Assembly: GCA_037141555.1 (NCBI GenBank)
Contig: JBAXCI010000001.1
Coordinates: forward strand, 1 to 39,674
Source: Verrucomicrobiota bacterium
Lineage (GTDB): Bacteria > Verrucomicrobiota > Verrucomicrobiia > Chthoniobacterales > Chthoniobacteraceae
Reading direction: 5' to 3'
Length of the DNA stretch: 39,674 bases
Shown: positions 1 through 9,123 of the stretch, piece by piece
Layout: each line of letters begins with the position of its first letter
How positions within the stretch are numbered: the first letter of the stretch is position 1
Notes under the pieces: generated by a model
What the model was told of the DNA's origin: nothing
Database searches by the model: none
The model's input: the letters and a program-made list of their open reading frames with translations, nothing else
Program-made: the position numbers and the translations under genes

Positions 1-774
1 ACGCAGCTCAAGGAAATCCTCGACCTGCTCGAACGGCTCGACAAATTCAGCGAAGCCGTGCGGCGGCATGGCGGCGACTTCGAGAAATACTTGGCGGCGC
101 GCGATTTCAAGACCGGCAAGCTCCCGACCTACCTCGTCAAAGTGCGCGAAGGCAACGACGAGAGCGTCAGCTTTTTCCACGACGAAGACGAAGTGCGCGG
201 GTTCCACCTGGAAAACCTCGACCTCGCGCTCTTCGAGCAGGAACCTGAAGCGGAACTCCTCCCGCCCAACGAAGATGGCACGCCTGCGGCTCCCGCAGCC
301 CCCTCGGCACCCACTCCGCGCAGCAACGGCGGCGTTCGGCGTCGCGGCAAACTCGTCGAGTTGCACGAATCGTCCTCCTTGCAGAAAATCATCGCCGAAC
401 TGGCGCGCAAAGGGCTCACCATCGAGCACTACGCCGACAGCGATCACCCGATCTTCGAACTGGTCGAAGGCGAAGGCGAAAAAGCGAACGTCACCCCCAT
501 CTTCGCTGTCCCGCAAATTCTGAGCGGCGTGAAGGAACTCGGGCGGCGCGGCGTGCAGATCAAGCGATTCAAAGGCTTGGGTGAAATGAACGCCAAGGAA
601 CTCTTCGAGACCACGATGAACCCGGACAAGCGCAAGCTGTTGCGGGTGGAGCTCAACGAAACCAACGCCGTCGAAGCCGACAAGATGTTCAACATCCTGA
701 TGGGCGACGTGGTGGAACCCCGCCGAGCCTTCATCGAAGACAACGCGCTGAACGTGCGGAATTTGGACGTTTAA
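1..774 (+). CDS. gyrB: DNA gyrase subunit B, C-terminal part (5' end lies outside the window)
   Basis: Frame 1 is open from base 1 to the TAA at 772-774. The C-terminal motif [27 protein letters not shown]...[12 protein letters not shown] is the conserved GyrB/ParE tail, and gyrA lies downstream. Confidence 0.95.
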   Translation, partial: TQLKEILDLLERLDKFSEAVRRHGGDFEKYLAARDFKTGKLPTYLVKVREGNDESVSFFHDEDEVRGFHLENLDLALFEQEPEAELLPPNEDGTPAAPAAPSAPTPRSNGGVRRRGKLVELHESSSLQKIIAELARKGLTIEHYADSDHPIFELVEGEGEKANVTPIFAVPQILSGVKELGRRGVQIKRFKGLGEMNAKELFETTMNPDKRKLLRVELNETNAVEADKMFNILMGDVVEPRRAFIEDNALNVRNLDV

Positions 775-793
775 ACAAGATTTTTGCAAATAG

Positions 794-1228
794 ATGGTCA
801 CAGCCAGCCAAGATGAACTGACAGAACAGGTGATTGGACTCGCCATGAAAGTTCATCGGGCCTTGGGGCCGGGCTTCGTTGAGTTTGTCTATCGCAACGC
901 CTTGATCCATGAACTGAAGAAAAATGGCATCAAGGTGGAACCTGAAAAACCGCTAAAGGTTGTTTATGACGGGGCTATTGTTGGAGATTTCAAAGCGGAT
1001 TTGTTTTTGGATGAATGGTTGCTTTGTGAACTCAAAGCTGTCCGCAACCTGTTGCCCGAACACGAGGTGCAGCTCGTCAATTACCTGGCGGCTTTGAACC
1101 TGGATTTTGGCCTATTAATGAATTTTGGCGGATACAGCTTGGATTTTAAGCGGAAATACCGCCGGAATGGATCTGAGAAGACAGGATTCAAGAAAAGGAA
1201 AAGCGAAAGCCTTCTCTCTGATTTATGA
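794..1228 (+). CDS. GxxExxY family protein (PD-(D/E)XK nuclease-like fold)
   Basis: Carries the motif GPGFVEFVYRNAL (G-x-x-E-x-x-Y) plus ...DFKADLFLDEWLLCELKAV...EHEVQLVNYLAALNLDFGLLMNFG, typical of this family. GC content is visibly lower than in the flanking gyrase genes. The last ~22 aa (RNGSEKTGFKKRKSESLLSDL) read into repeat-like sequence and are probably not part of the family core. Confidence 0.85.
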   Translation: MVTASQDELTEQVIGLAMKVHRALGPGFVEFVYRNALIHELKKNGIKVEPEKPLKVVYDGAIVGDFKADLFLDEWLLCELKAVRNLLPEHEVQLVNYLAALNLDFGLLMNFGGYSLDFKRKYRRNGSEKTGFKKRKSESLLSDL

Positions 1229-1260
1229 TGCCGTCTGACCGTGAGGCGTTTATTTTCTGA

Positions 1261-1509
1261 GACAGGATGAACATGATTAAGAAGATTAAGAAGATTCGGG
1301 ATCGCAAGGGCCCTTTGGGCCTCATGCGGAGCTTTGCCAAAACACCTTTTCCCAAAAGAAACTCCAACTCGGCGGACCTGCCGTGGTTTTTGTGGATCGA
1401 AATGACGGACAAATTCTCGGCAAATATCTTGGAAAGCAACAACCTATTCGATGCAAAATCTTGTTCTTCCAAAAATCCTCTTAATCTTCTTAATCCCTTT
1501 AATCCTGTC
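1261..1509. repeat. Imperfect inverted repeat with arms containing tandem ATTAAGAAG units, enclosing ~176 bp
   Basis: The left arm 1261-1297 (gacaggatgaacatgattaagaagattaagaagattc) matches the reverse complement of the right arm 1474-1509 (gacaggattaaagggattaagaagattaagaggatt) at 31 of 36 positions. A third, degenerate arm-like copy (agacaggatt...) lies at 1179-1200 inside the GxxExxY tail. Confidence 0.8.
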
Positions 1510-1602
1510 TAAAAAATGATGCCGCCCCGCCGCGCCAACACCCCACGAACTACCGGACGCAAAACCTAATTTCTTAATCTTGTCCCAGAATCCTTTCCCG
1601 CA

Positions 1603-4206
1603 ATGTATACCCTAAACGAAAAAGTCGAGCCGATCAATGTAGCCGAGGAGATGAGCAAATCGTTCCTCGATTACTCGATGTCCGTCATCATTTCCCGCGC
1701 GTTGCCCGATGCGCGCGACGGGCTGAAACCGTCCCAACGGCGCATCCTCTTCGCGATGCACGATCTCTCGCTCTTCCCCAACCGGCAGCATCGTAAATGC
1801 GCCAAGATTTGCGGTGACACCAGCGGCAACTACCATCCCCACGGCGAAGCGGTCATTTACCCGACGCTCGTCCACATGGCCCAGTCCTGGGCGATGCGCG
1901 ACTGCCTGGTGGACGGCCAGGGGAACTTCGGTTCGGTCGAAGGCGATCCGCCCGCCGCCATGCGTTACACCGAGGCCAAGATGACCCATTTGGGCGCGGC
2001 TTTGATGGACGACATGGACAAGGACACCGTCGATTTCGTCCCCAACTACGACGAAACCCGCACGGAACCGACCGTGCTTCCCGCCGCGTGGCCCAACCTG
2101 CTCGTCAACGGCGGCACCGGCATCGCCGTCGGCATGGCCACCAACATGCCGCCCCATAACTTGATCGAAGTCGTGGACGGCATCTGCGCGCAGATCGACG
2201 ACCCGGACATCACCGTGGAAGGGTTGCGGCAGTTCGTCAAAGGCCCCGACTTCCCCACCGGTTGCACCATCTGCGGCACCGCCGGGATCAAGAACTACAC
2301 CGAGAAAGGCCGCGGCAGCATCAAAGTGCGCGGCAAAGCGGGCGTCGAAGAGATCAAAGGCGGGCGCGAACAGATCGTCGTCACCGAGATCCCTTACAAT
2401 GTCAACCGCGCGACCCTGGTTGAGCGCATCGCGGAACTCGTGAACGAAAAAGTGCTCACCGAGATCAGCGCCATCCGCGACGAATCCGACGAGAACACGC
2501 GCGTGGTGATCGAGCTCAAGCGCGACGGCAACCCCAAGGTCGTCATCAACAACCTTTACAAGCACACGTCGCTGGAAAGCTCCTTCTCGGTGACGATGCT
2601 CGCCATCGACCACGGGCGGCCGAAGCTCCTCTCGATCAAGGAAGCCAACACCGCCTACATCGAACACCGCCGCGAGGTCGTTCTGCGCCGCACGCGGTTT
2701 GAACTGCGCAAGGCCGAAGACCGCGCCGAGACGCTCGAAGGGTACCTGCTCGCCCTCGCGAACATGGACGACTTCATCCGGATCATCCGGGCGTCTTCCA
2801 ACCGCGACGAGGCCAAGGTGAAGCTGCTCGGGTACGAGTTCACCCGCGCCAATGTCGAGAAACTCGGCATCCTGATCCGCAGCGAAGCCCGCCTCAGCGA
2901 CGGCATCTACCGCTTCAGCGACCAGCAGATCAACGCCATCCTCGACCTGCGCCTCTACCAATTGACCGGGCTGGAGCAGGACAAGATCGAGGGCGAATAC
3001 AAGATCCTCATCGAGAAGATCAAAGATTTGCTGGATATTCTCGCGAAGGAATCGCGCGTGCTCCAGATCATCAAAGACGAGCTGCGCTTGATCCAGGCCA
3101 AATACGGCACGCCGCGCCTCACACAGATCGTCCCCGACGAAGGCGAAATGTCGCTCGAAGACCTGATTTCCAACGAAGGCACCATCATCACCATCACCCA
3201 CAAGGGTTTCATCAAGCGCACCGCCGTGAGCTCCTACCGGGCACAACGCCGGGGCGGCAAGGGCGTCAAAGGGATGGTCACGCGCGACGGCGCCACGGAC
3301 GAGGAGGAAGACGATTTCGTCGAGCACCTCTTCACCGCCACCACGCACGATTACCTGATGTTCTTCACGCAAACGGGCCGCTGCTACATCGAGCGCGTTT
3401 ACGAGATCCCCGAGATGGGCCGCGCCGCCAAAGGCCGCTCCATTGCGAACCTCCTCGAATTGCGCTCCGAAGAACAGATCGCGGCGACCATCCGCATCCA
3501 GGCCAAGAGTTCCGGCACCGGCCCTGCGGCCATTGACAACACTTGGGACAAGGAACTCCATATCGTCTTTGTCACCCGCTCGGGCATTGTCAAAAAATCC
3601 AACCTCGCCGATTTCCAGAACATCCGCAAAGGCGGCCTCATCGCGATCAAGATCGAAGAAGGCGACCGCCTCATCGACGCGAATCTTACGAACGGCCAGG
3701 ACGAAGTAGTCCTCATCACCAAGAACGGCATGAGCCTGCGCTTCCACGAGGAAGAACTCCGCGATCAAGGCCGCGACACCGTGGGCGTCTGGGGCATCCG
3801 GCCCGAGAAGAAGGATTTCGTGGTAGCCATGGCGCTGGTGAGCGCCGACGCGCAACTGCTCGTGGCGGGCGAAAACGGCATCGGCAAACGCACACCGTTC
3901 AACGGCGACAACGGCTATCGCGTCCAGGGGCGCGGCGGCAAAGGCATCATCACCATGAAAACCGGCGACAAAACCGGCGACGTGGTGGGCGCGCTGACCG
4001 TCACCGACAAGGACGAGTTGATGCTGATCACCAACAAGGGGCAGATGGTGCGCACGCGGGTTCGCGAGATCCGCGAGACCAGCCGCAACACCATGGGCGT
4101 GAAGCTCATTGATTTGCACCCCGGAGAGAAACTCCAGTGCATCGCCCCGGTGGTGGCTGACGAAGAGGAAAACGAGACCACCCCCGAACTGCCGTTGACG
4201 GAGTAA
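1603..4206 (+). CDS. gyrA: DNA gyrase subunit A
   Basis: 867 aa. Has the catalytic-Tyr motif [10 protein letters not shown], the QRDR-type [10 protein letters not shown], and C-terminal beta-pinwheel repeats. It is partnered with gyrB. Confidence 0.97.
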   Translation: MYTLNEKVEPINVAEEMSKSFLDYSMSVIISRALPDARDGLKPSQRRILFAMHDLSLFPNRQHRKCAKICGDTSGNYHPHGEAVIYPTLVHMAQSWAMRDCLVDGQGNFGSVEGDPPAAMRYTEAKMTHLGAALMDDMDKDTVDFVPNYDETRTEPTVLPAAWPNLLVNGGTGIAVGMATNMPPHNLIEVVDGICAQIDDPDITVEGLRQFVKGPDFPTGCTICGTAGIKNYTEKGRGSIKVRGKAGVEEIKGGREQIVVTEIPYNVNRATLVERIAELVNEKVLTEISAIRDESDENTRVVIELKRDGNPKVVINNLYKHTSLESSFSVTMLAIDHGRPKLLSIKEANTAYIEHRREVVLRRTRFELRKAEDRAETLEGYLLALANMDDFIRIIRASSNRDEAKVKLLGYEFTRANVEKLGILIRSEARLSDGIYRFSDQQINAILDLRLYQLTGLEQDKIEGEYKILIEKIKDLLDILAKESRVLQIIKDELRLIQAKYGTPRLTQIVPDEGEMSLEDLISNEGTIITITHKGFIKRTAVSSYRAQRRGGKGVKGMVTRDGATDEEEDDFVEHLFTATTHDYLMFFTQTGRCYIERVYEIPEMGRAAKGRSIANLLELRSEEQIAATIRIQAKSSGTGPAAIDNTWDKELHIVFVTRSGIVKKSNLADFQNIRKGGLIAIKIEEGDRLIDANLTNGQDEVVLITKNGMSLRFHEEELRDQGRDTVGVWGIRPEKKDFVVAMALVSADAQLLVAGENGIGKRTPFNGDNGYRVQGRGGKGIITMKTGDKTGDVVGALTVTDKDELMLITNKGQMVRTRVREIRETSRNTMGVKLIDLHPGEKLQCIAPVVADEEENETTPELPLTE

Positions 4207-4227
4207 AGGCGCCCTGAAGGGGCGCTT
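4206..4227. terminator. Possible bidirectional hairpin between the convergent gyrA and deacetylase genes
   Basis: An 8-bp stem (aggcgccc / gggcgctt) with loop tgaag sits immediately after the gyrA stop. The T-tracts are weak on both strands. Confidence 0.45.
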
Positions 4228-4236
4228 CGATTCCTT

Positions 4237-5481
4237 TTAATTCTTCCCGGCTGCCGGGTCGAACTTGAAGCTCCAGCGGGCCTCGGTCCGTTTGCCTCCC
4301 ACTTTGGCGGAGACGATGACGGTGTATTCCTTATCGCGCAACGGCTGAGCCGTGGGCTGGAAGCTCACGGTCTGGGTGGCGCTGTCGTATTTGACCGGAA
4401 CCGCGCCAAAGCCGCTGATGCGCATCTCGACGCTCCCGTCATCAATGGCACCCATCCCGGTGAGCACTGCTTTGATCAACGGTTTGGGATCGGACACGGT
4501 CGCGCCCGATGCCGGCTCGGATTGCAGCGAACTGGAAACCTGCGGTGCGGCGGGCGCTTCAACAGCCATTGCCATGCCCGGCCCGACTCCGCCACCGACC
4601 ATCGCCATGGCATCCTGGAAGGTCTTGGGTTTGTTGGCTTCGATTCCGTAGCGTCCGATTTCGTCGAAACCGGGGCTCGCGAAGCCGTTGCGCTTGCCGT
4701 AGGTGATAAAGGCTGCTTCGTAACCGGCTTCCTTGATGACCGCGCGCACGGCTTCGTTGTAGAAGCCGCCGGGATAGGCAAAGGTGGAGACTTTGATGCC
4801 CAGTTGACGCTCGATGAGCTTTTTGGAATCGATCATTTCCTTGCGCGCCCAAGCGTCGTAGCCGATGCGCTTGACTTCTTCGGCGGCTTGTTTGCTAAAG
4901 AGAGCCCCTTTGCCCCGCAAGTTCTGGTGACTGTAGCTGTGGCAGCCGATCTCCACGCCCGCATCGCGCATCTCGGCAAGCTGCTCCCATGAGACGGATT
5001 TGCCACCGGTGCCGATGTAGTTGATGTACACGAACATCGTGAACGGGTAGCCGAATTTCTTCAGGATGGGCCAGCCGGTTTCGTAGGCGGAGACGTAGCC
5101 GTCGTCGATGGTGATCAAGGCGCTTTTGGCGGGGATTTCCTTTTCATCGCGACGCCAGGCCAGGAAATCCTGCATGGAGATCACCGTGAAGCCGTTGTCC
5201 TTGATTGCCTGCATCTGCTGCTCAAATTCCGCAGGCTTCAAGATCATCGAGCTATTTCCCGATTCCTCAAACCGGTGGTAGCAGAGCACGACGACCCCGG
5301 CGTTGCGGTTGGCGGTGGGTTTGGGGGTCGGCGTGGGCGTCGCAGGCACCGGCGTCGGGGTGGGCGTGGAGACGACCGGGGGAGCCTTGGGCGTAAGATG
5401 CAGGGTTTTCTTGATTTTATCGCAACCGGTGAAAGCGACAGCGGCGGCGGCAAGGCAGGTCAGAGCAAAACGGAATTTCAT
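4237..5481 (-). CDS. Polysaccharide deacetylase (NodB homology domain) lipoprotein
   Basis: Lipobox-like signal MKFRFALTCLAAAAVAFTGC, a PT-rich linker, then NodB motifs ITIDDGY and HSYSH. The ATG at 5481 is preferred over the TTG at 5493 used by the ORF track. Confidence 0.85.
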   Translation of the reverse strand: MKFRFALTCLAAAAVAFTGCDKIKKTLHLTPKAPPVVSTPTPTPVPATPTPTPKPTANRNAGVVVLCYHRFEESGNSSMILKPAEFEQQMQAIKDNGFTVISMQDFLAWRRDEKEIPAKSALITIDDGYVSAYETGWPILKKFGYPFTMFVYINYIGTGGKSVSWEQLAEMRDAGVEIGCHSYSHQNLRGKGALFSKQAAEEVKRIGYDAWARKEMIDSKKLIERQLGIKVSTFAYPGGFYNEAVRAVIKEAGYEAAFITYGKRNGFASPGFDEIGRYGIEANKPKTFQDAMAMVGGGVGPGMAMAVEAPAAPQVSSSLQSEPASGATVSDPKPLIKAVLTGMGAIDDGSVEMRISGFGAVPVKYDSATQTVSFQPTAQPLRDKEYTVIVSAKVGGKRTEARWSFKFDPAAGKN

Positions 5482-5550
5482 GAGGTCAAACAAATTGGGT
5501 GTGCCCTGAAGTTACAGTATTTTCCCCGATGGCAAACCGCATTTTCAAGA

Positions 5551-5590
5551 AAATCAAAAAAGCCCGTTCCGCACGTGGGCGGAACGGGCT
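5551..5590 (-). terminator. Intrinsic terminator of purB
   Basis: A 12-bp GC-rich stem (agcccgttccgc / gcggaacgggct, 5561-5572 with 5579-5590) is followed on the minus strand by TTTTTGATTT. It lies 27 nt after the purB stop. Confidence 0.8.
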
Positions 5591-5616
5591 TTGAAGTTTG
5601 CAACAGGCGCAGGCTT

Positions 5617-6909
5617 CTACAACCCGAGCTTGCGGAACGTCTCGTCGATGTGGCGGAAGTGGATGTCGAGCGAGCAGAACTCTTCGATTTCCGCCGGGGT
5701 CAGTTTCGCCATGATCTCTGCCTCCTCCAGCAGGTTTTGCTTGAGCGTCTGGTCGCCCTGCCAGGTCTTCATGGCGGCGCGTTGCACGGCTTCGTAGGCG
5801 GTTTTGCGTTCGATGCCGCGCTCGGTGAGCTTGAGGAGGATCGTCTGGGAGAAATAGAGCCCCTTGGTGATCTCCATGTTGCGCTTCATGTTCTCGGGAT
5901 AGACGATGAGGCGGTCCACCAGCTTGGTGGTGATGCTGAGCATGTAGTTGAGGAGGATCGTCGAGTCCGGCATGATGACCCGTTCCACGCTGGAGTGCGA
6001 GATGTCGCGTTCGTGCCAGAGAGCGACGTTTTCCAGGGCGGCCATGGCGTTGCCGCGCAGCAACCGGGCGAGGCCGCTCAGCTTTTCCCCGGTGATCGGG
6101 TTGCGCTTGTGCGGCATGGCGGAGCTGCCTTTCTGCCCGGGCGAGAAATATTCCTCCACTTCGAGCACTTCGGTGCGCTGGAGGTGGCGGAATTCCGTGG
6201 CCCAGCGGTCGATGCTGGAGCCGATGAGCGCGAGCGTCTGCTGGAACTCGGCGTGGCGGTCGCGCTGGACGACCTGCGTGGACAAAGCGGCGGGAATGAG
6301 CCCGAGCTTGCGGCAAACCATCTCTTCCACGCGCGGGTCGAGGTGGGCGTGCGTGCCGACCGCGCCGGAAAGCTTGCCGACGCGAACGCGTTCGCGGGTC
6401 TGCTTGAGGCGTTCGATGGCGCGGCCAAATTCGTCATACATGAGGGCCATTTTGAGCCCGAAGGTGATCGGCTCCGCGTGGATGCCGTGGGAACGCCCGA
6501 TCATCGGCGTGAGCTTGTATTCGTGGGCTTTTTTGGCGATGGCGACGCGCAAGGCTTCGAGGTCTTCCAGGAGCATCCCGCAGGCTTCGTTCATCTGAAC
6601 GGCCAGGGTGGTGTCGAGCACGTCGGAGGAGGTCATCCCCTGGTGAATCCAGCGCGAGGCGGGCCCGACATAGCTGGCGACGTTCTCCAGGAACGCGATC
6701 ACGTCGTGATTGGTCCGCAGCTCGATCTCCTGGATCTTGGCCAGCTCAAACTGGGCCTTTTGACGAATGGTCACGGCGTCTTCTTTGGGGATCACGCCGA
6801 TCTCGGCCTGCGCTTCGCAAGCGAGAACCTCGATTTCGAGCCAGATTTCGTATTTGTGCTGTTCGTCCCAGAGGGCGCGCATCTTCGGAAGAGAATAACG
6901 GTCAATCAT
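5617..6909 (-). CDS. purB: Adenylosuccinate lyase
   Basis: 430 aa. N-terminus MIDRYSLPKMRALWDEQHKYEIWLEIEV and the fumarate-lyase signature SSAMPHKRNP. Confidence 0.96.
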   Translation of the reverse strand: MIDRYSLPKMRALWDEQHKYEIWLEIEVLACEAQAEIGVIPKEDAVTIRQKAQFELAKIQEIELRTNHDVIAFLENVASYVGPASRWIHQGMTSSDVLDTTLAVQMNEACGMLLEDLEALRVAIAKKAHEYKLTPMIGRSHGIHAEPITFGLKMALMYDEFGRAIERLKQTRERVRVGKLSGAVGTHAHLDPRVEEMVCRKLGLIPAALSTQVVQRDRHAEFQQTLALIGSSIDRWATEFRHLQRTEVLEVEEYFSPGQKGSSAMPHKRNPITGEKLSGLARLLRGNAMAALENVALWHERDISHSSVERVIMPDSTILLNYMLSITTKLVDRLIVYPENMKRNMEITKGLYFSQTILLKLTERGIERKTAYEAVQRAAMKTWQGDQTLKQNLLEEAEIMAKLTPAEIEEFCSLDIHFRHIDETFRKLGL

Positions 6910-7050
6910 GCCGCGGAGGATATGGGGTCAGAGCGCACAGAAAAGGAAAAATTTACTCCATTTGGAAACGAGGCGGAGAGTCCACCACGGAGCGCAACGG
7001 ATTTCAGTTGAGTTTTCCCTTCACCTCTGAAAAGTTACCCCACTTCCATT

Positions 7051-7656
7051 ATGACGCCCGAATCTGCCCAGACCGTTCATCTGACCCCGCTTGAGATTTG
7101 GTATATGTACAAGACCAAAATCTTGACGTATGCCGGGATCATTACCGCCGCTCTGGCCTCCTTCGCCGCATACCAGCTTTACGACTACCTGCGCACCTCC
7201 GGTTCGCAGAACCTCTACGCGAAAGCCGAGACGGTGGCCGATTTCGAGGCGCTCGTGAAGCAATATCCCGGCACGCCTGCGGCCGGCAACGCGGCGCTGC
7301 GCATGGCCGAAAAACTCCGCGCGGAAAAGAAATACGACGCATCCGCGGCTGTGCTGCGCAAATTCGTCGAGAAATTCCCGGCGCATCCGCTGGCTGCCGG
7401 TGGCTGGACGAGCCTCGGCGCGACTTACGAGATGCAGGGCAAACTGGACGAGGCTTTCGAAGCCAACGCGAGCGCGATTTCCAAATATCCCGATGCCTAC
7501 ACCACGCCCATCGCCATGATGTCGCAGGCGCGGATTTATCTGCTCAAAGGCAAAAGAGACAACGCCCGGCAGATTTACCAGGATGTTGCCGCGCGTTATA
7601 AGCAGAACCTCTACGGACAAGAGGCGTTGCGGGAACTCCATTTCCTCAAGAAGTAG
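7051..7656 (+). CDS. Membrane-anchored TPR-like protein (YfgM/YbgF-like)
   Basis: One N-terminal TM helix (ILTYAGIITAALASFAAYQLY) is followed by TPR-like helical repeats (AALRMAEKLRAEKKYDASAAVLRKFVEKFP..., LGATYEMQGKLDEAFEA...). Confidence 0.7.
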   Translation: MTPESAQTVHLTPLEIWYMYKTKILTYAGIITAALASFAAYQLYDYLRTSGSQNLYAKAETVADFEALVKQYPGTPAAGNAALRMAEKLRAEKKYDASAAVLRKFVEKFPAHPLAAGGWTSLGATYEMQGKLDEAFEANASAISKYPDAYTTPIAMMSQARIYLLKGKRDNARQIYQDVAARYKQNLYGQEALRELHFLKK

Positions 7657-7696
7657 AAACGCCCTCTTTCGCTCCCTGAATCGATTGGATTGAGGG

Positions 7697-7978
7697 ATGA
7701 TGAACGAATATTCACGCAGATGGTGGTTCTGGGGATTGGCGGGAGCGGTCCTCTGGCCTGTGCTCCTGTTGGCTGCGGACGCCCTGTTGCATCGCCGATT
7801 CGCCGGGCACAGCTTTCAGCCTTACTTTGATGCGCTCGCTTTCGCCTTCGCGGGGAGCGTGGGCGCAATCGCCGTCCCGGCCCTGCCGGTTCGCCCGTGG
7901 CTGCGGCTGGTTCTCTTCTTTCTCTACATCCCGCTCTTTCTCTGCGCGGTGTATTTCTTCGCCCCGTGGGTCTGGTAG
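7697..7978 (+). CDS. Small hypothetical membrane protein (about 3 TM segments)
   Basis: 93 aa and hydrophobic, with an ATG start, followed directly by a terminator hairpin. No family recognised. Confidence 0.5.
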   Translation: MMNEYSRRWWFWGLAGAVLWPVLLLAADALLHRRFAGHSFQPYFDALAFAFAGSVGAIAVPALPVRPWLRLVLFFLYIPLFLCAVYFFAPWVW

Positions 7979-7989
7979 ACTAAGCAAAA

Positions 7990-8030
7990 AGCCCGGCGGG
8001 AACGGATTCCCACCGGGCTTTGAATTTTTT
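7990..8030. terminator. Bidirectional intrinsic terminator (small membrane gene on the plus strand, kdgK on the minus strand)
   Basis: A 13-bp stem with one mismatch (agcccggcgggaa / ttcccaccgggct) has A5 upstream and TTGAATTTTTT downstream. Confidence 0.75.
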
Positions 8031-8044
8031 CGCTGTTCGGAAGC

Positions 8045-9061
8045 TTACCGCTGCACGCGGCCGCTGCCGTCGCCTTTGACGAGCGCTTCCACCTCTTCAA
8101 GTGTTGCGCGGTTGTAGTCGCCGGGGATGGTGTGCTTGAGGGCGCTCGCCGCCACGGCAAACTCGATGGCTTGCTGCGGTGCGTCGCCGCGCAACGAGGC
8201 AAAGATCAACCCGCCGCCGAACGAATCGCCGCCGCCCACGCGGTCGATGACGTTCAGGTCAAACTTGCGCGAGTAATACGCTTTGCCGCCGCTCCAGAGC
8301 ATCGCGCTCCAACCGTTGTGGCTGGCGGAGTAGGATTCGCGCAGCGTGATGGCCACCTGCTTGAAGCCGAACCGCTCGGTGAGCTGCCGGGCCACGTCTT
8401 CATATTGTGCGTGCTCGATCTTGCCGCTGGTCACTTCCGCGCCGTGGATGCCAAAAACGCTCTCGGCGTCTTCTTCGTTGGCGATGCACACGTCCACGTA
8501 TTGCATGAGCTTGCCCATGACCTCGCCCGCTTTTTGTTTGCTCCAGAGTTTTTTACGGTAGTTGAGGTCCGTGCTGATGGTGAGGCCCATTTGCCTGGCC
8601 ACCTTGCAAGCTTCCTCCACGACCGCCGCCGCGTTGTCGGAGAGGGCCGGGGTGATGCCGGTCCAATGGAACCAGCGGGCGCCTTTGAAAGCGGCTTCCC
8701 AGTTCACCTCGCCCGGCTGGATCTCGGCGATGGCCGAGTGCGCGCGGTCGTAAGTCACCTTGGAAGCGCGCTGGCTGGCGCCGGTTTCCAGGAAATAGAT
8801 GCCGATGCGCTCGCCGCCGCGCGCGATGTGGCCGGTGCCGACCCCGATGCCGCGCAGTTCGTTGATGGCGCGCTGGCCCATGTCGTTCTTGGGCAGCCGG
8901 GTCACGAAATCAGCCGAGAGGCCGTAGTTCACCAACGAGACAGCCACATTCGCCTCACCGCCACCGTAGGTCAGTTCAAGGGCGGAGGTTTGAGCGAAGC
9001 GGAGGAAGCCGGGCGTAGCCAGGCGCATCATGATTTCACCAAAAGTTACAACGTCAGACAT
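8045..9061 (-). CDS. kdgK: 2-dehydro-3-deoxygluconokinase / PfkB-family sugar kinase
   Basis: Begins MSDVVTFGEIMMRLATPGFLRFAQTS...GGGEANVAV and has the PfkB C-terminal motif DRVGGGDSFGGGLIFA. The ATG was verified at 9061-9059. The 92-aa upstream extension in the ORF track overlaps prcA and has arginine-rich junk composition. Confidence 0.88.
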   Translation of the reverse strand: MSDVVTFGEIMMRLATPGFLRFAQTSALELTYGGGEANVAVSLVNYGLSADFVTRLPKNDMGQRAINELRGIGVGTGHIARGGERIGIYFLETGASQRASKVTYDRAHSAIAEIQPGEVNWEAAFKGARWFHWTGITPALSDNAAAVVEEACKVARQMGLTISTDLNYRKKLWSKQKAGEVMGKLMQYVDVCIANEEDAESVFGIHGAEVTSGKIEHAQYEDVARQLTERFGFKQVAITLRESYSASHNGWSAMLWSGGKAYYSRKFDLNVIDRVGGGDSFGGGLIFASLRGDAPQQAIEFAVAASALKHTIPGDYNRATLEEVEALVKGDGSGRVQR

Positions 9062-9123
9062 AGAGCAGGGGAGAGTAGGGAATATCGAATCAAATCGCAA
9101 GGCGTTTTGACTACCGAATCTCA

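Noticed and set aside
1188-1512. Track ORFs 1267..1512 (plus strand, 81 aa) and 1188..1472 (minus strand, 94 aa) inside the gyrB-gyrA spacer
   Set aside because: Their termini are translations of the ATTAAGAAG repeat arms (IKKIKKI, NLLNPFNPV, FLIFLIMF), and the two ORFs overlap each other. No fold or family was recognised. The region is treated as a non-coding repeat element.
1225-1524. The 9-bp direct repeat ATGATGCCG (1225-1233 and 1516-1524) as a target-site duplication of the palindromic element
   Set aside because: The left copy is 27 bp away from the left arm, not abutting it. A single 9-mer match is not strong enough on its own. It is mentioned as a weak clue only, not called as a TSD.
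1612-4119. An 835-aa ORF antisense to gyrA. Similar long antisense or shadow ORFs lie at 5275..7011, 8132..9445, 9846..10757, 13015..13938, 15083..16057, 19599..20936, 26298..27983, 30335..32224, 33485..34585, 36218..37003 and 38595..39494.
   Set aside because: Each lies opposite a gene with unmistakable family motifs. Their products are Arg/Gly/Ala/His-rich with no recognisable domains, which is typical of stop-codon-poor antisense frames in GC-rich DNA.
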